Below are positions 50,965 to 62,620 of a DNA stretch of 64,000 nt, piece after piece. Made by a program: the position numbers and the translations under genes. How positions within the stretch are numbered: position 1 is the first letter of the stretch; each line of letters opens with the position of its first letter. Source of the stretch: Camelus ferus (taxonomy: Eukaryota); the NCBI RefSeq assembly GCF_009834535.1, contig NC_045696.1, positions 42,286,001 to 42,350,000 on the forward strand. The letters are read 5' to 3'. Under the pieces are notes generated by a model. That model was given only the letters and a program-made list of their open reading frames with translations. It was not told the origin of the DNA and did not search any database.

Positions 50965-52637
50965 AGGGGGACACCACAAATCTCTGAATTGCAGTGTTTC
51001 CAGGTAGTGGGCTCCTCTCTCTAGCTTCCCGAATGGTGCATCTTGCATTCTGATTTTGGAAGCTTGGTTACTTTCTTCACCTCATTGCCCATCTCCTAGT
51101 TTGCACAGATAAAAACTTCATTACTGATAATCATATTAATTGTCTTTTAAAATAATTATGTCCTGTGGCAATCAATTACACAAGTCTGCCAGATGGCACA
51201 TGGAGTGTGTGCTGAATGGAATGATCAGTTATATTCCAATCTACCCTGTTTTATAGTTTCTACTCTGCCATGGGCTTGGTCTGCCTAGGAAAGACACTAA
51301 AATTGTGCTGTGTATTGTCCCTATATGTTTTGCTTTCCTCTTCTTTTTATCATTCCTCTTCAACATGGACTTAGAGAGGATGGGTGTAGTAGAACTCAGT
51401 TTCCTTGATTGGAAATGATTCATTGATAGTCACTCTGGAAGCCTTACACTGGAAATCTCCCTTGGTGATGCCAGAGACTATGGGCTGTGACCTGACTGTC
51501 ACCAAGCTAAACAAGGCCTTCAGAAGTAGTCTTCTTGGGCAACATATGGCTCGCAGTGATTAAGTTTCATGCCTTCAGATGGGCAGTCTGTAGTTTTCCC
51601 AGAGGTAATACCTACCATTTTGGAAGACATTGCACATAGGTTTCCAGACATTTTGTGACCCGCCAGCTTCCTGAAGACATTTCTCCAGGGCAGGAACAGA
51701 CATGCAGGGAAAAAAGTAAAGAAAGACTGACATCTGTTGTTCCTGACAAAGATTCCCCCGAGTCAAAACATGATTTCTCACCTGGAAGTCCTGTGGACGC
51801 TGCCCCACACGGTGGCCTTTGCCCCGTGACAGCACAGCCCTTTCTTCTTGCGGCGTTGCAGAGTTGCGTTGCAGTTACCTTCCACCGGCTCTGTAACTAG
51901 CTGGCTTTAGGGCTGTAGCCAAGTTACTGAAAGTACCTAAAACCTACACATAGAAAGAGAGAAGTGAAACTAGATCATCTGTAGAAATATTTTTCCTGAA
52001 ACAGTCTGTGATTCTTTGTTTCATTGATTTTTGTCAGTGGAAAAGGTTAACTTTTTGCTGATGGGAAAAAAAGCCATAATAAGTCTGGAGAAGGAGGACA
52101 GAGCTGGATGGGCAGGTGGAATGACCTTGAGAGAAAGGAGCGAAGGAGACACAGCAGCTCATAACTCTGCACTGGTGACCCTGGCTCGAAACTAAGTTCT
52201 TTGCACTCTATCTCCTGTGTTTCCTTTGCTCTGCTTTAATTTTCCATCTTAACTCATTAAGAATTCCTCAGCTCAACATTTTTTTTTGATTCTCTGTTGC
52301 TACATCTCTGTGCTTTATTTTTGTGTGTACTTCAGTGAAGCAGAAATTCTCAGCAAGATTAAAATATTTAAAGGTAGAGTTTTCAATAGGTGATAACTGT
52401 AAATACCAACTTTTTCAGTTATTGCTAGATCAACAAATTCAGAATGTGTTGTTCTAGCCCTGGGCAGAATGGATACCTCGAGGTACTGGCTTTCCATAGC
52501 TAGATAGATATTCTGCCCCATGGGAAGTAGGAGTGTTTTTCAGCTGCAAAAGCCTGAACAGATTTGCAGTTACAGACCAAGGAAAAAGTCTGCACTAATT
52601 GCAGATTTCAGGGAAGCCAAAGCTGCAGTTAACTCTC

Positions 52638-52656
52638 CATCCACTAGATGGAGGTA
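52638..52656 (+). promoter_or_regulatory. CTCF-like motif with upstream CTGCAG module
   Basis: CATCCACTAGATGGAGGTA, preceded by CTGCAG at 52623-52628. Confidence 0.55.
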
Positions 52657-53254
52657 GAGGAGCACAGAAAAAAATACACTTCGGGGTTGTTTATCAAGTT
52701 GATCCCATGAAGCTAAGGGGGAAGCTGATGTGTCATTAAGACCCACAGGTAAAATGGATGAATTTTGTACCTTTGAACACTAGTGGAAAACACTGGCTTG
52801 AGGTATAAGGCTGTTGGTAAGACCTTTTGATTTTATGCAAAGGTTGTACTCCTTCATCATCATCAAATAGCAGTCCCTGCCTTTGCCTGGTTTGGGCATC
52901 TTTTAGCTTTTTACAGCTGGATCTACTGTTGGGCTTCACTTTCAGTCCACTCTGCCAGCCCCACGTCCCAAGGAAGTCCTGCCAGCAGCGGAGGGGGAGC
53001 AGCTGCCTCCGTGCAGGTGCATTGGGTTAACAGAGTTGCGGGCATATATTCGAGGGGCTGGCATTTCCGGCTCCTCAGGTGGTATTAGTTTCTGCCTTTT
53101 ACCGTGATTCGTATAGTAAAGAATGCATCAAATAGGAAAAGTATTTAGATGCTGGTTTAGGCAACAAATGACAATGATATTGGAATATTGACCAAGACTA
53201 AATTCAGATGGTCACCCATAATTGGTAAGACACTTCAGCACTAACTGACATTCC

Positions 53255-53390
53255 AACTTCCCTCCTTTCTTCCTTTTTCTCCCTCTCTCCTCTTCATTCT
53301 CCTCCACTCCCTCTGTATTTAATCTCCCCCCTCCTTTCTCTCTCCATCTCTCTCTCACTCTCTCCTCTTTTCTCTCTCTCTTCTTTACTG
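53255..53390. repeat. CT-rich low-complexity tract
   Basis: Almost pure pyrimidine run of ~135 nt. Confidence 0.85.
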
Positions 53391-54009
53391 TCCAGAAGAT
53401 TCTGAATCTGGAACCTGAAGGGTCCCCTTCCAGCTTTTGGATTCCCTCACTCTGTTTTCTCTCTGGTTTTACCTTGCCTAGGATTCTAGTCAGTCCTGTG
53501 TTGAACCCCACCTGGTGATGGAAGCCTTGGTGCCCAGTCCTCTGCCTCTGCCTGGAGGCTATAGTTCTATGCACAGGAAGTGCCCACCTAAATAAAACTA
53601 CCACTGCCATGTCCTGTCCATGTGCCCCTAGGATGTATCTGCTGATGTGGGCCATTGGCCAGGTCACACTTGAGCCTTTTAATGGAATGTAGGGCCAAAT
53701 AAATACCCTGGGAGTGGGAGGAGGAGGGAAGGAGTGGATGCAGGTAGAGGCTGAGACAGCCTCAGGTGGGACTGCGTTTCAAAAAAGACTTTTTTTGGTG
53801 CCTTCTATTTTATTTTAAAAATGTGTGTGAAGTTTGCATTATGCTGATATGCATTCATGTTTGTTTTAATATATTGAAATGTATTTTATTACTTTGTCAT
53901 TAAGCAAAATTGCTCCAGGAAGATGCATCCTGTTTATCCTGTGCCTTTGAGTCCTTCCGGCCACATCAGCGGCTATTCCTTTCGTCTGATGTTTTCAGTT
54001 TAACTTAGG

Positions 54010-54275
54010 CAGGAGCAGTGGTGAAGGTGGCAGGGTTTGGAGCCAGACTGAACTGGGTTTACCCGAGCTCCTCCGGCTCACTAGTTGTGTATCCACAGGC
54101 ACAGCCAGGCCTCTCTCAGCTTCATTTTTTCCCGTCCATGAGTAGGAATAATTGTGACCACATAGGATTGTTGTGAGGATTAAATGGCAGAATGTGCACA
54201 GAAGGATAGAAGGGATATAAATCCCTTAGTATAGTGGCAGCCACAGAGCAGGCACCCTTAATAAACATTATTGTT
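54010..54275 (+). mobile_element. MIR SINE
   Basis: ggagccagactgaactgggtt...cataggattgttgtgaggattaaatg...taataaacatta. Confidence 0.85.
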
Positions 54276-54959
54276 GTTAGGAGCAAAGCCATTTGGATCC
54301 TATGTTGAACCATCCATTTGTTCTCATTTGCTGCACTTGAACTTAGTCTGGTCTTTTCAACAGTACTGTGTTAAATATGGCTTTTTGCAATGCAAAGACA
54401 ACCTGGAAAATGTGAGAGCTGCTTGAATGTTGTTCCTTGTGGTTTGCGCCTCTCTCAGTAAGAAACCTGTACAAATGAAACATCCTCAGTTTAGTGAAAT
54501 GGAGTGAAAGTGGGGTGAGGACAGGGATTATTTTACTCCCATAGCTTAACTGCTTGGCTCTGCAGTGATCGGGAGACGTGGCAGTTGGCAGCTAGTTAGT
54601 ACCATAAGCTTTTTAGGACCCTGGGCAGGAGAGCATTTCAAGGAAGACAGAAGAGTAGTGTTTGGCTCTGGCTACAGAACTCAGTGCTCAAGTCTAGTTC
54701 TAACCTCCTGCAATGGCTGTGTTCCCTTTATCACTCTTTGCTTCCAAACAAAGCAGAGTTGGAAGCCAAATAGGGTTCAGGGACCAGCTAATTCTTCATG
54801 TTGGCTTAACAGATTTTGGAGGAGGATCAGAGAAATGGTTGTCTTTAATGATCTCTTGAATGAAACTTACTTAATAAAGGGGAAGTAGAGAAGTGTGTTT
54901 TGGCTACAGTTTGGTTCCAGTTTGTACCACGGTGAGGAGAGAGATACCACCTACATCAA

Positions 54960-55480
54960 ACCCAAGTATCTCCTAGGTGCCTACTAGGTTTAAGGCATTG
55001 CCTGAGACTCTCTGAGATACAAAGAAATTTTAACACTCTGGCTTGGCAGTTAAGTGCTTTCCACATGAATGGGAGAAACAGTACATACTCATGCAACACT
55101 GTTTAACACAATCACTAATGTAAACTGCCTTCTCACAAGAACTCTTTTAATTAATTCAACAAAGTATATACAGGGTCCGAAGCCTGAGGTGTGGGTTTGC
55201 TTGAACAGGATAGGCTCTCGCACTTAACCATCTCATAGTCTAGTTGGATGGAGATACGTACAGATGATCGTGATGCAGCCTCTAAGAGAGGGTGCTGGCT
55301 CTGCCTGAGGGAGTCGGGGGGCCTTAATCTGAGTGCCTGGATGGAGTCAGGACTCTGGAAGGGGCATGGCTGCGGCACGCAGGACGGAAGGGAACAGTTC
55401 TGGTACTGCGGAGGGTTAGGCCTGGAAGTAGAAAGGAAATGATGATTGTGAAAGCCGTCTGGGTAAAGAATTTGGGGAAG
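54960..55480 (-). mobile_element. LINE-2 fragment
   Basis: ggtgcctactaggtttaaggcattg...tagtctagttggatggagatac... Confidence 0.6.
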
Positions 55481-55919
55481 AGGAGAGGATGATTCCAAGG
55501 CATAGCGCTGGGTGCCCAGCACAACGGTGTATCATGGGCACGAAAGGAGAACAAAGGAGCGCTCAACCAGTTTGGACGTTGAGAGTAAGACATGCCAGAG
55601 TTCACAGGTCAGCTCTGAGATCTAATTCCTGTGTATTAAGGAGGATACTAGTAGCCAAGGCTGTTGGAGACTTAGTAACAGGTCTTTGCTCTCAGTATCT
55701 ATTGACAAAGTCTAACATGTTTAAATTTGTAAAATTAAAGTACACTTGGGAAAGGTGATCAGAATATGTTAGAAGGCAAGCTAGATTGAACTAAAGGTAT
55801 TTTGCAATGTGTGCTAACATAGATATAAATCAAGGGGCTGTGGAAATGTTAATTGAGTGAAGTGAGAAAAGTTAAAGACAATTAAAGTAATGCTTCTCCA
55901 GAAGTCCTTTGTGATAGAA

Positions 55920-56250
55920 ATCATTAATTTTCCCAAATTTTCTTGACTTTGTTTCTTGGACGTCTCTCCAGTCTGTGTCCTTACCTTTGATCATACTCCT
56001 ATGATATAGTTCAAGTTTTCTGTCTTCATCATCCAGGTTAATAATAGATTGCCAACTTTCTTCTTTGCTTTCAGTCTCAGGACCCCAGTCCATTTCCCTC
56101 GCTGTTACCTGAACGATCGTTCTAAACGACGTGTAACCACACCACACCCTTTGTTTAAACTCATCCGTGGCGCCCTTTCTTCTGTAGCATCTTACCACTG
56201 TCTTGGGTTTTAAAATCTGCACTTTCACAACTGACTTGGGTCCTCGATAA
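55920..56250 (+). mobile_element. LINE-2 fragment
   Basis: aataatagattgccaactttc...cacccttgtttaaactcatccgtggcgccc. Confidence 0.65.
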
Positions 56251-56259
56251 TTGTACACA

Positions 56260-56507
56260 CTTTGATCCTTAAAAGAGCAGAAAGAGACACAGACTCTCTC
56301 TCTCTCTCCATGCGCTCACAGACAGAAAAGGCCATCTGAGGACATTGAGAAGCTGTTGTCTGCAAGTGGAGGAATCTCACAAGAAACCAACCATGCTGGC
56401 ACCTTGATCATGGACTTCCAGACTCCAGAACCGTGAGAAATACATTTCTATTGTTTAAGTGCCCAGTCTGTGGTATATTGCTAATGTGGCCTGAGCTGAC
56501 TGATACA
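56260..56507 (+). mobile_element. MaLR LTR 3' half (MLT1A/B-like)
   Basis: ccatgctggcaccttgatcatggacttccagactccagaaccgtgagaaatacatttctattgtttaag...ctgactgataca. Confidence 0.88.
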
Positions 56508-58750
56508 GGGTTGGACTGGGGCGACATTGTGCCTTGTCTCTAGTAGCCATTTGCCGTGAAGGGTTATTTTCAGTTCCTCTAGGGTACTTGGTGTTGCAGG
56601 GCATCTCGAAAACAGAGCAGCAAGAAAGTGAATCTTTGGCTCTGGACTAGAGGCTGATGTTAGTGACTTATTCCCCAGTAAGCATCCAAGAGAACACTTG
56701 GGTACTTTAAAGAAATGTACCCTCTAAGAAGGGCTTTTAAAATTTCTCCCACAATCCCACTTTTCCTACGCAAGCTGCTGGGGTGTGATGATGCCCCAGG
56801 GGAAGCTGTTGTTGTTAGAGGAAAGAGCAAAAGAAGAATTGCTGGGAATCCAATAATGTGTCTATGTGTGTCAGGATTCATAGGGTTTTATAGGCTCATG
56901 AATCAAGACTGTGGCATCCTGATTTTGATTTAAGATTATTCACTGGGGAGCAAATTTTGCTTTGAACTTTGCTTAAACCTTCCTGAGCAAAGAGATCCTT
57001 CAGATATGCAGCGAGGGCTTCCCAGCACGGCACCTGGGGGACGGATATTTCACACAATTTACTGCACATGTCGACTGGACACACATCACTGCTCACTGCA
57101 CGGCACAGCAGTATTTAGAAAGGGGCTGCTGGCAATCCAGACTTCTGTTTTCTGTTTGGTTGCTGCTCCAGTTATTCTGGGAATTAAGAGAGAAAGGAAA
57201 TCAGAGAATATGATTGAAAAAAAAAAAAGGATAAGCTGCCTCACACACAGTGAACCCTCAAACCAAAAGTTGGTGGGAAATATCAAAGCTGAGTCTTACT
57301 TTCACAGCTGCCCTAAGTTTTAACGTCTGCTATGAATTTCCTCATCTAATGCACCACATCAGCTTGGTCAGATGGTGCGTGTGTGTGTGTGACGGAGCTC
57401 TCCTCTACGGTGGTGTTGGCGATGTGACTCTTACGAGAACAACACTTCTTCAGGTTTGCATGATGTGTAATTTTCAGAGTGCTTTCCCATCTTCTGTTTG
57501 ATTTGATTTATACATTGGCTACATCAGGTCTCAAGTTAATGCAAGGTCAGAAATTTGTTTTATTTAATTCACCTTCTTGTGCTACACAGCCCGGCACTGT
57601 CCACATTTATTCACCAATGATGCATTCAGTGATATAGTAGGGTTTAGAGAAATAAAAGTCCTGGGCATCTTTCAGATAGAAGACTAAATATATTCCACAG
57701 AGCTGTTTTTATAAACATCCGAGCTAAAGAGAACTCAGATGATTGAGAAAGCACATGATTAATACTGGCCTTTTTGTTTTATGATTTTCTTATTTATTTA
57801 ATTTTGCTTTGACTTTTGGTTGAGTTTCTCTTAAAGCAACTGAATATTACGCATAAGACTCAGGCGACACAAAGGTGTTTGATCTCTTGTCAATTAGAAA
57901 TTCTCAGAAAAAATAGAACCTATGTAATTATTTCATGTGACACATAATTGGGAAATTTGGACAAAAACAGAAATTAGCAATGAATGTTTTTTGTGGTTCA
58001 ATGAATTACAATAAATAGCGGTGATGCAATCAGTTTCTTTATATAATTCCATCTTAGTTTACTGCTTTTTGGTTGAAATTTAGCCTAAATCGAAAACAAC
58101 TTTCATTAGATAGGCTTATAGATCATAATATTATGTACAGAGGATACCACCACCATGACTTAGCACATCCTTGAAAGTGCAAAATAATTTCTTTTTCCAT
58201 AATATTATGTATTATCTGTGAGAGAAGTATGGGAAAAATAGGAAAGTATACTGTGAGTGAGTTTACTGTTGTCTGTTAAAACAATATTGTATATTCTAAA
58301 GTTTGTGACTGATGCAGAAACCAGGAAATAAAGCAACCATGTTGGTTTATTAGACATTAAATATATTTTGTTGCCCAGAATTTTGTTTAATGCTAGTGGG
58401 AAATAAACCAACTTTATTTAATTAAATTCTATAAATCAATTACAAATGTGATCCATATTATTAGTAGGAACATGTCTACGGTGTTACAGCAATTTGTGAC
58501 CACTTCTGCAACCCATACTTCCTGTCTCCATTAACAATGCCTACATGTATAAAAACAATATTTGAAGAGAGGAGGGGAAAAAACGAGTCATTCCTTTTAC
58601 TGCCGCTTGACCTTCCTGCTCAGTTACACTTCAAGTTCAATGAAAGAAGCTAAAAATAGCTTAATTTGGGTAGAAGGCAACCTTAAAAAGTGTATGGATC
58701 TCAAACCAAGCACAAAGGAAGAGAAGGGTAAGACTGCTTCTGCCACTTGA

Positions 58751-58769
58751 TGGCCACCAGGTGGCAGTG
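58751..58769 (+). promoter_or_regulatory. Strong CTCF motif
   Basis: TGGCCACCAGGTGGCAGTG, near-perfect match to the CTCF core consensus. Confidence 0.7.
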
Positions 58770-59089
58770 CACCTCAAGGAATCGGGGAAGACGGCTCTTC
58801 TGGACTGGAGCTGCCAGAAACCTAGTGTGAACACTATCTGCTCTCACCCAGAGGCAGGGATGAAGATCTGAAAGTGTTCAAATATTTCAAATCTTGCAGA
58901 AAACCTTGGAAAGACAGCCTCTTGCCAGCCGCAAATGCTTGATTGCTGAGATGGAATCTTGGATGATTCTGAGTGGCACAGTAGGGATTGCTGGTCTCTT
59001 GAAGGCAGGGCTGCCCTCCTCAGAACACAGCTGCAGCCAGGATGCACTTGGACCACATTGTGGGGCCCTGGGTGGGTGGGTGGGGGGTT

Positions 59090-59350
59090 CAGCGTCTTTT
59101 CTTCTTAATCCTAACTCCCTCCTGAGGTGATCTCATTGACTCCGGAGGTTTCAGCCTTGTCTACAGCCCTGATCATGTCCCACAGATCTAACCGTTGCCC
59201 ACTCAGACACCTTCCTTTTATCCTATTTGACAGACATCTTTAATTCCATTGGTCCCTAACTTAACTTTAACGCCCAGTTCTCTGAAGCCCACCCCTTTAC
59301 AGTGTTTGCCAGTTTACCATTATACCAATCCTTAAACTAGAAATTTAGGG
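59090..59350 (+). mobile_element. LINE-2 fragment
   Basis: ctccctcctgaggtgatctcattgactcc...agacatctttaattcca. Confidence 0.6.
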
Positions 59351-59479
59351 TCTTTTTTTAAAATTTCTAAACACATTTTAATAAAATTTGAATTAGAAAC
59401 ACACATTTTAATAGAATTTAAATCATAAAGTTTCTACAGTTTTAATCCTGCATTTTATTTGGCTGCAGCAGAAGCATTT

Positions 59480-59945
59480 CACATGTGGATTAAAAATTTC
59501 TAGCAAACTTCATGGTAATGACTACAAAATATTCCAGCGATCCTGTGGATGCACCGAAATTCATGTCATCATGTTCATGGTGGTTGGGTGTCTTTCCAAA
59601 TGTTGCATGATTTAAAGTATCTCAGCAATGATACGTGTGCTGAAAACTTGGTTTGCGCTTCTTGTTATTTCCAAGGAGGAAGATACCTGGTAGGGGGATT
59701 CTGGGTGAAGGGTGTCAACCTTGTTTTAAGGCTCTTGCTATGAACATGATGAAACTTTCAGAAAGGTCATTCCGCAGTGTCTGAATGTGTGCACATGATC
59801 ACACCCTTGGCCAATACTGGGGTAGCCATGACTGATCTTTGCTAATTTGATGCACAGAATGCCATTGTGATTTTAGTTTGCATTTCTTTGATATGATTTC
59901 CTTGCCTTTGGTTTATGAGTGCTTGGTTATTGCCATTTGCGTGGG
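59480..59945 (-). mobile_element. Old L1 (L1ME-type) fragment
   Basis: ggttgggtgtctttccaaa...tctttgctaatttgatg...attgtgattttagtttgcatttctttgat. Confidence 0.7.
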
Positions 59946-59959
59946 GTCCTTTTTACACT

Positions 59960-60515
59960 CCTCCCTCTTCCTCACTCTTGACAGCCACCAGTCCTGGGGC
60001 CTGCTGACTCCTTCTGCCTCCAAGTGTCTCACTGCTCTGCCCTCTGTGAGTCCACCTTGCCCCTTCCGATCCATTCTCTGCATCCAGAGTGACCGTAGAG
60101 GCAGATCAGATGGTGACCCTTGTGGCCTTAGCCTCATGTCTGCCCCTCACTGTTCACACGGGCTCTCCTTCGGTTCTTGCTTTGTTCTTCCCAACTTCAA
60201 AGCCTTGGACCATGGTGTTACCACTGTTAGGAATGTGATTCCTTTCCTCTTTCTCGAACTAGCATCTTATCTTTCAAACCTCACTTGCTCAGGAGGCCTC
60301 CCCCAGCCCAGAAGACCAGATCAGGCCTTCCTGTTAGATCTTTCACTGCTTCCCCTGTGTTGTTCTCATCACACTTACAATCGCTTGCTTCTCGTTTCCT
60401 GCTAGACTGTCAGAGCCACGAGGAAAGAGACCACGGCTGGCTTGTGCACCACCGTGTCTTCTGTGCCTAGCACAGTGCCTGGGGTCATTCAGTGCATATT
60501 TGTAGAATGGATGAC
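59960..60515 (+). mobile_element. LINE-2 3' fragment
   Basis: ctagactgtcagagccacgaggaaagagaccacggctggcttgtgcaccaccgtgtc...gtgcctagcacagtgcctgg...tatttgtagaatggatga. Confidence 0.85.
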
Positions 60516-60949
60516 CTCATGAGTGGAAATATTTTTGAGAATAAACAAGTTAACAGACATAATTTAATTCTCTTTAACGGTGGCCATTTTGGTAGAGTAT
60601 TTCGGGTGTGTAGGGAAGGAGTGGGCACTACTTCACGACTCTACTAACGGAGGATGCGGGCATGGTTAGACGACTCGAACTGTATTTCTCCTGGGATGTT
60701 TCCTGGATTCATGACCCCCCGTAGTGTTAGGGGAAGTCTCGCTAGCTCCTTATGCTGGGGTGGGGATAGAAAGGGAAGGAAGAGACCCTGAGAGTAAATG
60801 TGTGGGGGGCTCACGATTTTATCTTACTGGACTTACATTGGTTGTGTTAGAAATAGTAATGTCTTAAAGAACGGCTCCTTGTCTCTTTCTCTGCAGCAAT
60901 TTTGAAGAGGGGCATGACTTATTTGGGAAGTCTGAAGTAGCGCCTTGTG

Positions 60950-61175
60950 CTAGAGCTGCCTGTGATAGTGGAAGTAGCTTCTACCCAACTGTGCACCGTG
61001 GTAGCCACTGCTCATCTGTGGCTTTTGAACACTAGAGACGTAGTAAACACAAATTAGGAACTGAATTTTTTATTCTTTTTAGTTGAAATGAATTTATATT
61101 TGAACTTAACTGTCAACTAAACTTACTTTTAAATTTAAATAGTGTGGCTAATGACGGCTGTGTTGGACTGTGTTG
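60950..61175 (+). mobile_element. hAT-Charlie MITE (MER3-like)
   Basis: gtggtagccactgctcatctgtggcttttgaacactag...gaactgaattttt...gtggctaatgacggctgtgttggac. Confidence 0.75.
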
Positions 61176-62017
61176 GATAGGTTGAGAGGCTGTGGGTTTG
61201 GCGGAGACGAAGGTGGCTGGGTGCACCGACTGTTTCGAGGTGGAGCACCTTGCCTTTCAGAGGATCTGAGTCGTGGATCTGACATGCTTTTATTTGTACT
61301 GTTGCTCCCTTTCCAAATAAGCATGTAAAATCAAGACTTTCTGGAGAAAATGTAAGTTGCAGATGTTTTCTCAACAGGAGAATGCAAGGGGCTGTTTTAT
61401 AAGCCTGGCTCCCTCTCATTCTCAGAGTGTGCTTCCATCTTATAATTCAGTGTAGTGGCTTTCACTTCTCATCAGATAAAAAGAGATGCCTCAAACCTAT
61501 TCCAAGAATCGCTTTCAGAAAGCACTTGGTTGGGATATCGCCCTGTCTCCTGGGATACCAGATAGTCTTCAAAACAAAGCAGCAGCTATGCTGCGTCTAG
61601 ACTCCAGTGCATCTTGTTAGTGTTGATTACAAACCACTTGATGCTTTTATGGAATGTTCATGATATCAAAGCACTTTATGAAATTGAATTCGTGTTTCTA
61701 ACACTTGTTCAAGTTCACTCGGTTAGAACAGTACTTGCTTCTTGATCTTTTTCACGCAAAGAGCACATGAAAAGTACATAACCTTTTCCTGTGTGAGCAC
61801 AGCACACACGAGAAATTCAAGCCTGTGACTGTGGCACGCCAGGGTAAGTGCACAGGCTACCCGTGGCTGGAGGCGGCGGCCCAGTGGCTTTGAATGGTCC
61901 AGGCTCTGCCCAGCTTGGATGAGAGCTGAGAAAGCTGTTACCTGAACATAGCCAGAAGGCATTTGTTGCACTGTGATTGGGAGGCTCTGTTGGCTTGGTG
62001 CTTGTGGGGTCTAGGAC

Positions 62018-62185
62018 AATGCTTCATAAAATTTAATGTGCAGGTGAGTCACCTGGATGTCTCGTCAAGGTGCAGATTCTGATTCAGCAGATCTGCAACT
62101 GGGCCTGAGGTCCTGCATCTCTAGCAAGCTCCCGAAGATGCTAATGCTGCTGGCCCGCTGACTGCACTTGGAATCATGAGGTGCT
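62018..62185. mobile_element. hAT-Charlie MITE (MER5A-like)
   Basis: gagtcacctgg...gcagattctgattcagcagatctg...gggcctgaggtcctgcatctctagcaagctccc...gatgctaatgctgctggccc. Confidence 0.85.
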
Positions 62186-62499
62186 AGGGCACATATTTGA
62201 TTTACACTTTGGTCAGTTTTTGCACAGAAAAGCCATCCTCCATCACTACAAAACATTCTTAAATTCTGCCAACTGTGATATTACGCTATCAGCCCAGGTA
62301 AGAGTGGATGAAACACTGCATAAAGATCTTTTCTGAGGCTAGAAAAACAGCTCAATACATGCTGATAGGCAGTTGGTGGTCCTGTGTTTACATTATCAGT
62401 GGAAAACAGTACACAGGTTAGAGCAGCATATGCAGAGGCAGGCAAACACAGGATTTGCTGGCTCATGTCAAGCCCATCTCTGATGATCAAGGTGGAGGA

Positions 62500-62620
62500 A
62501 CTGTGAATAACTCTGGTTTAGGAATCCAGACCAACATTCTTGATCCAAGTCCCCCTTGAGTGGCTAACTTGCTATAGGGGATGCATTACATTTCTTTGAG
62601 CCTCATGTTTCATCTTCAGA
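62500..62620 (+). mobile_element. MIR fragment
   Basis: tttctttgagcctcatgtttcatct core. Confidence 0.55.

Noticed and set aside
59878..60405. 175-aa ORF
   Set aside because: Lies in L1ME and L2 remnants
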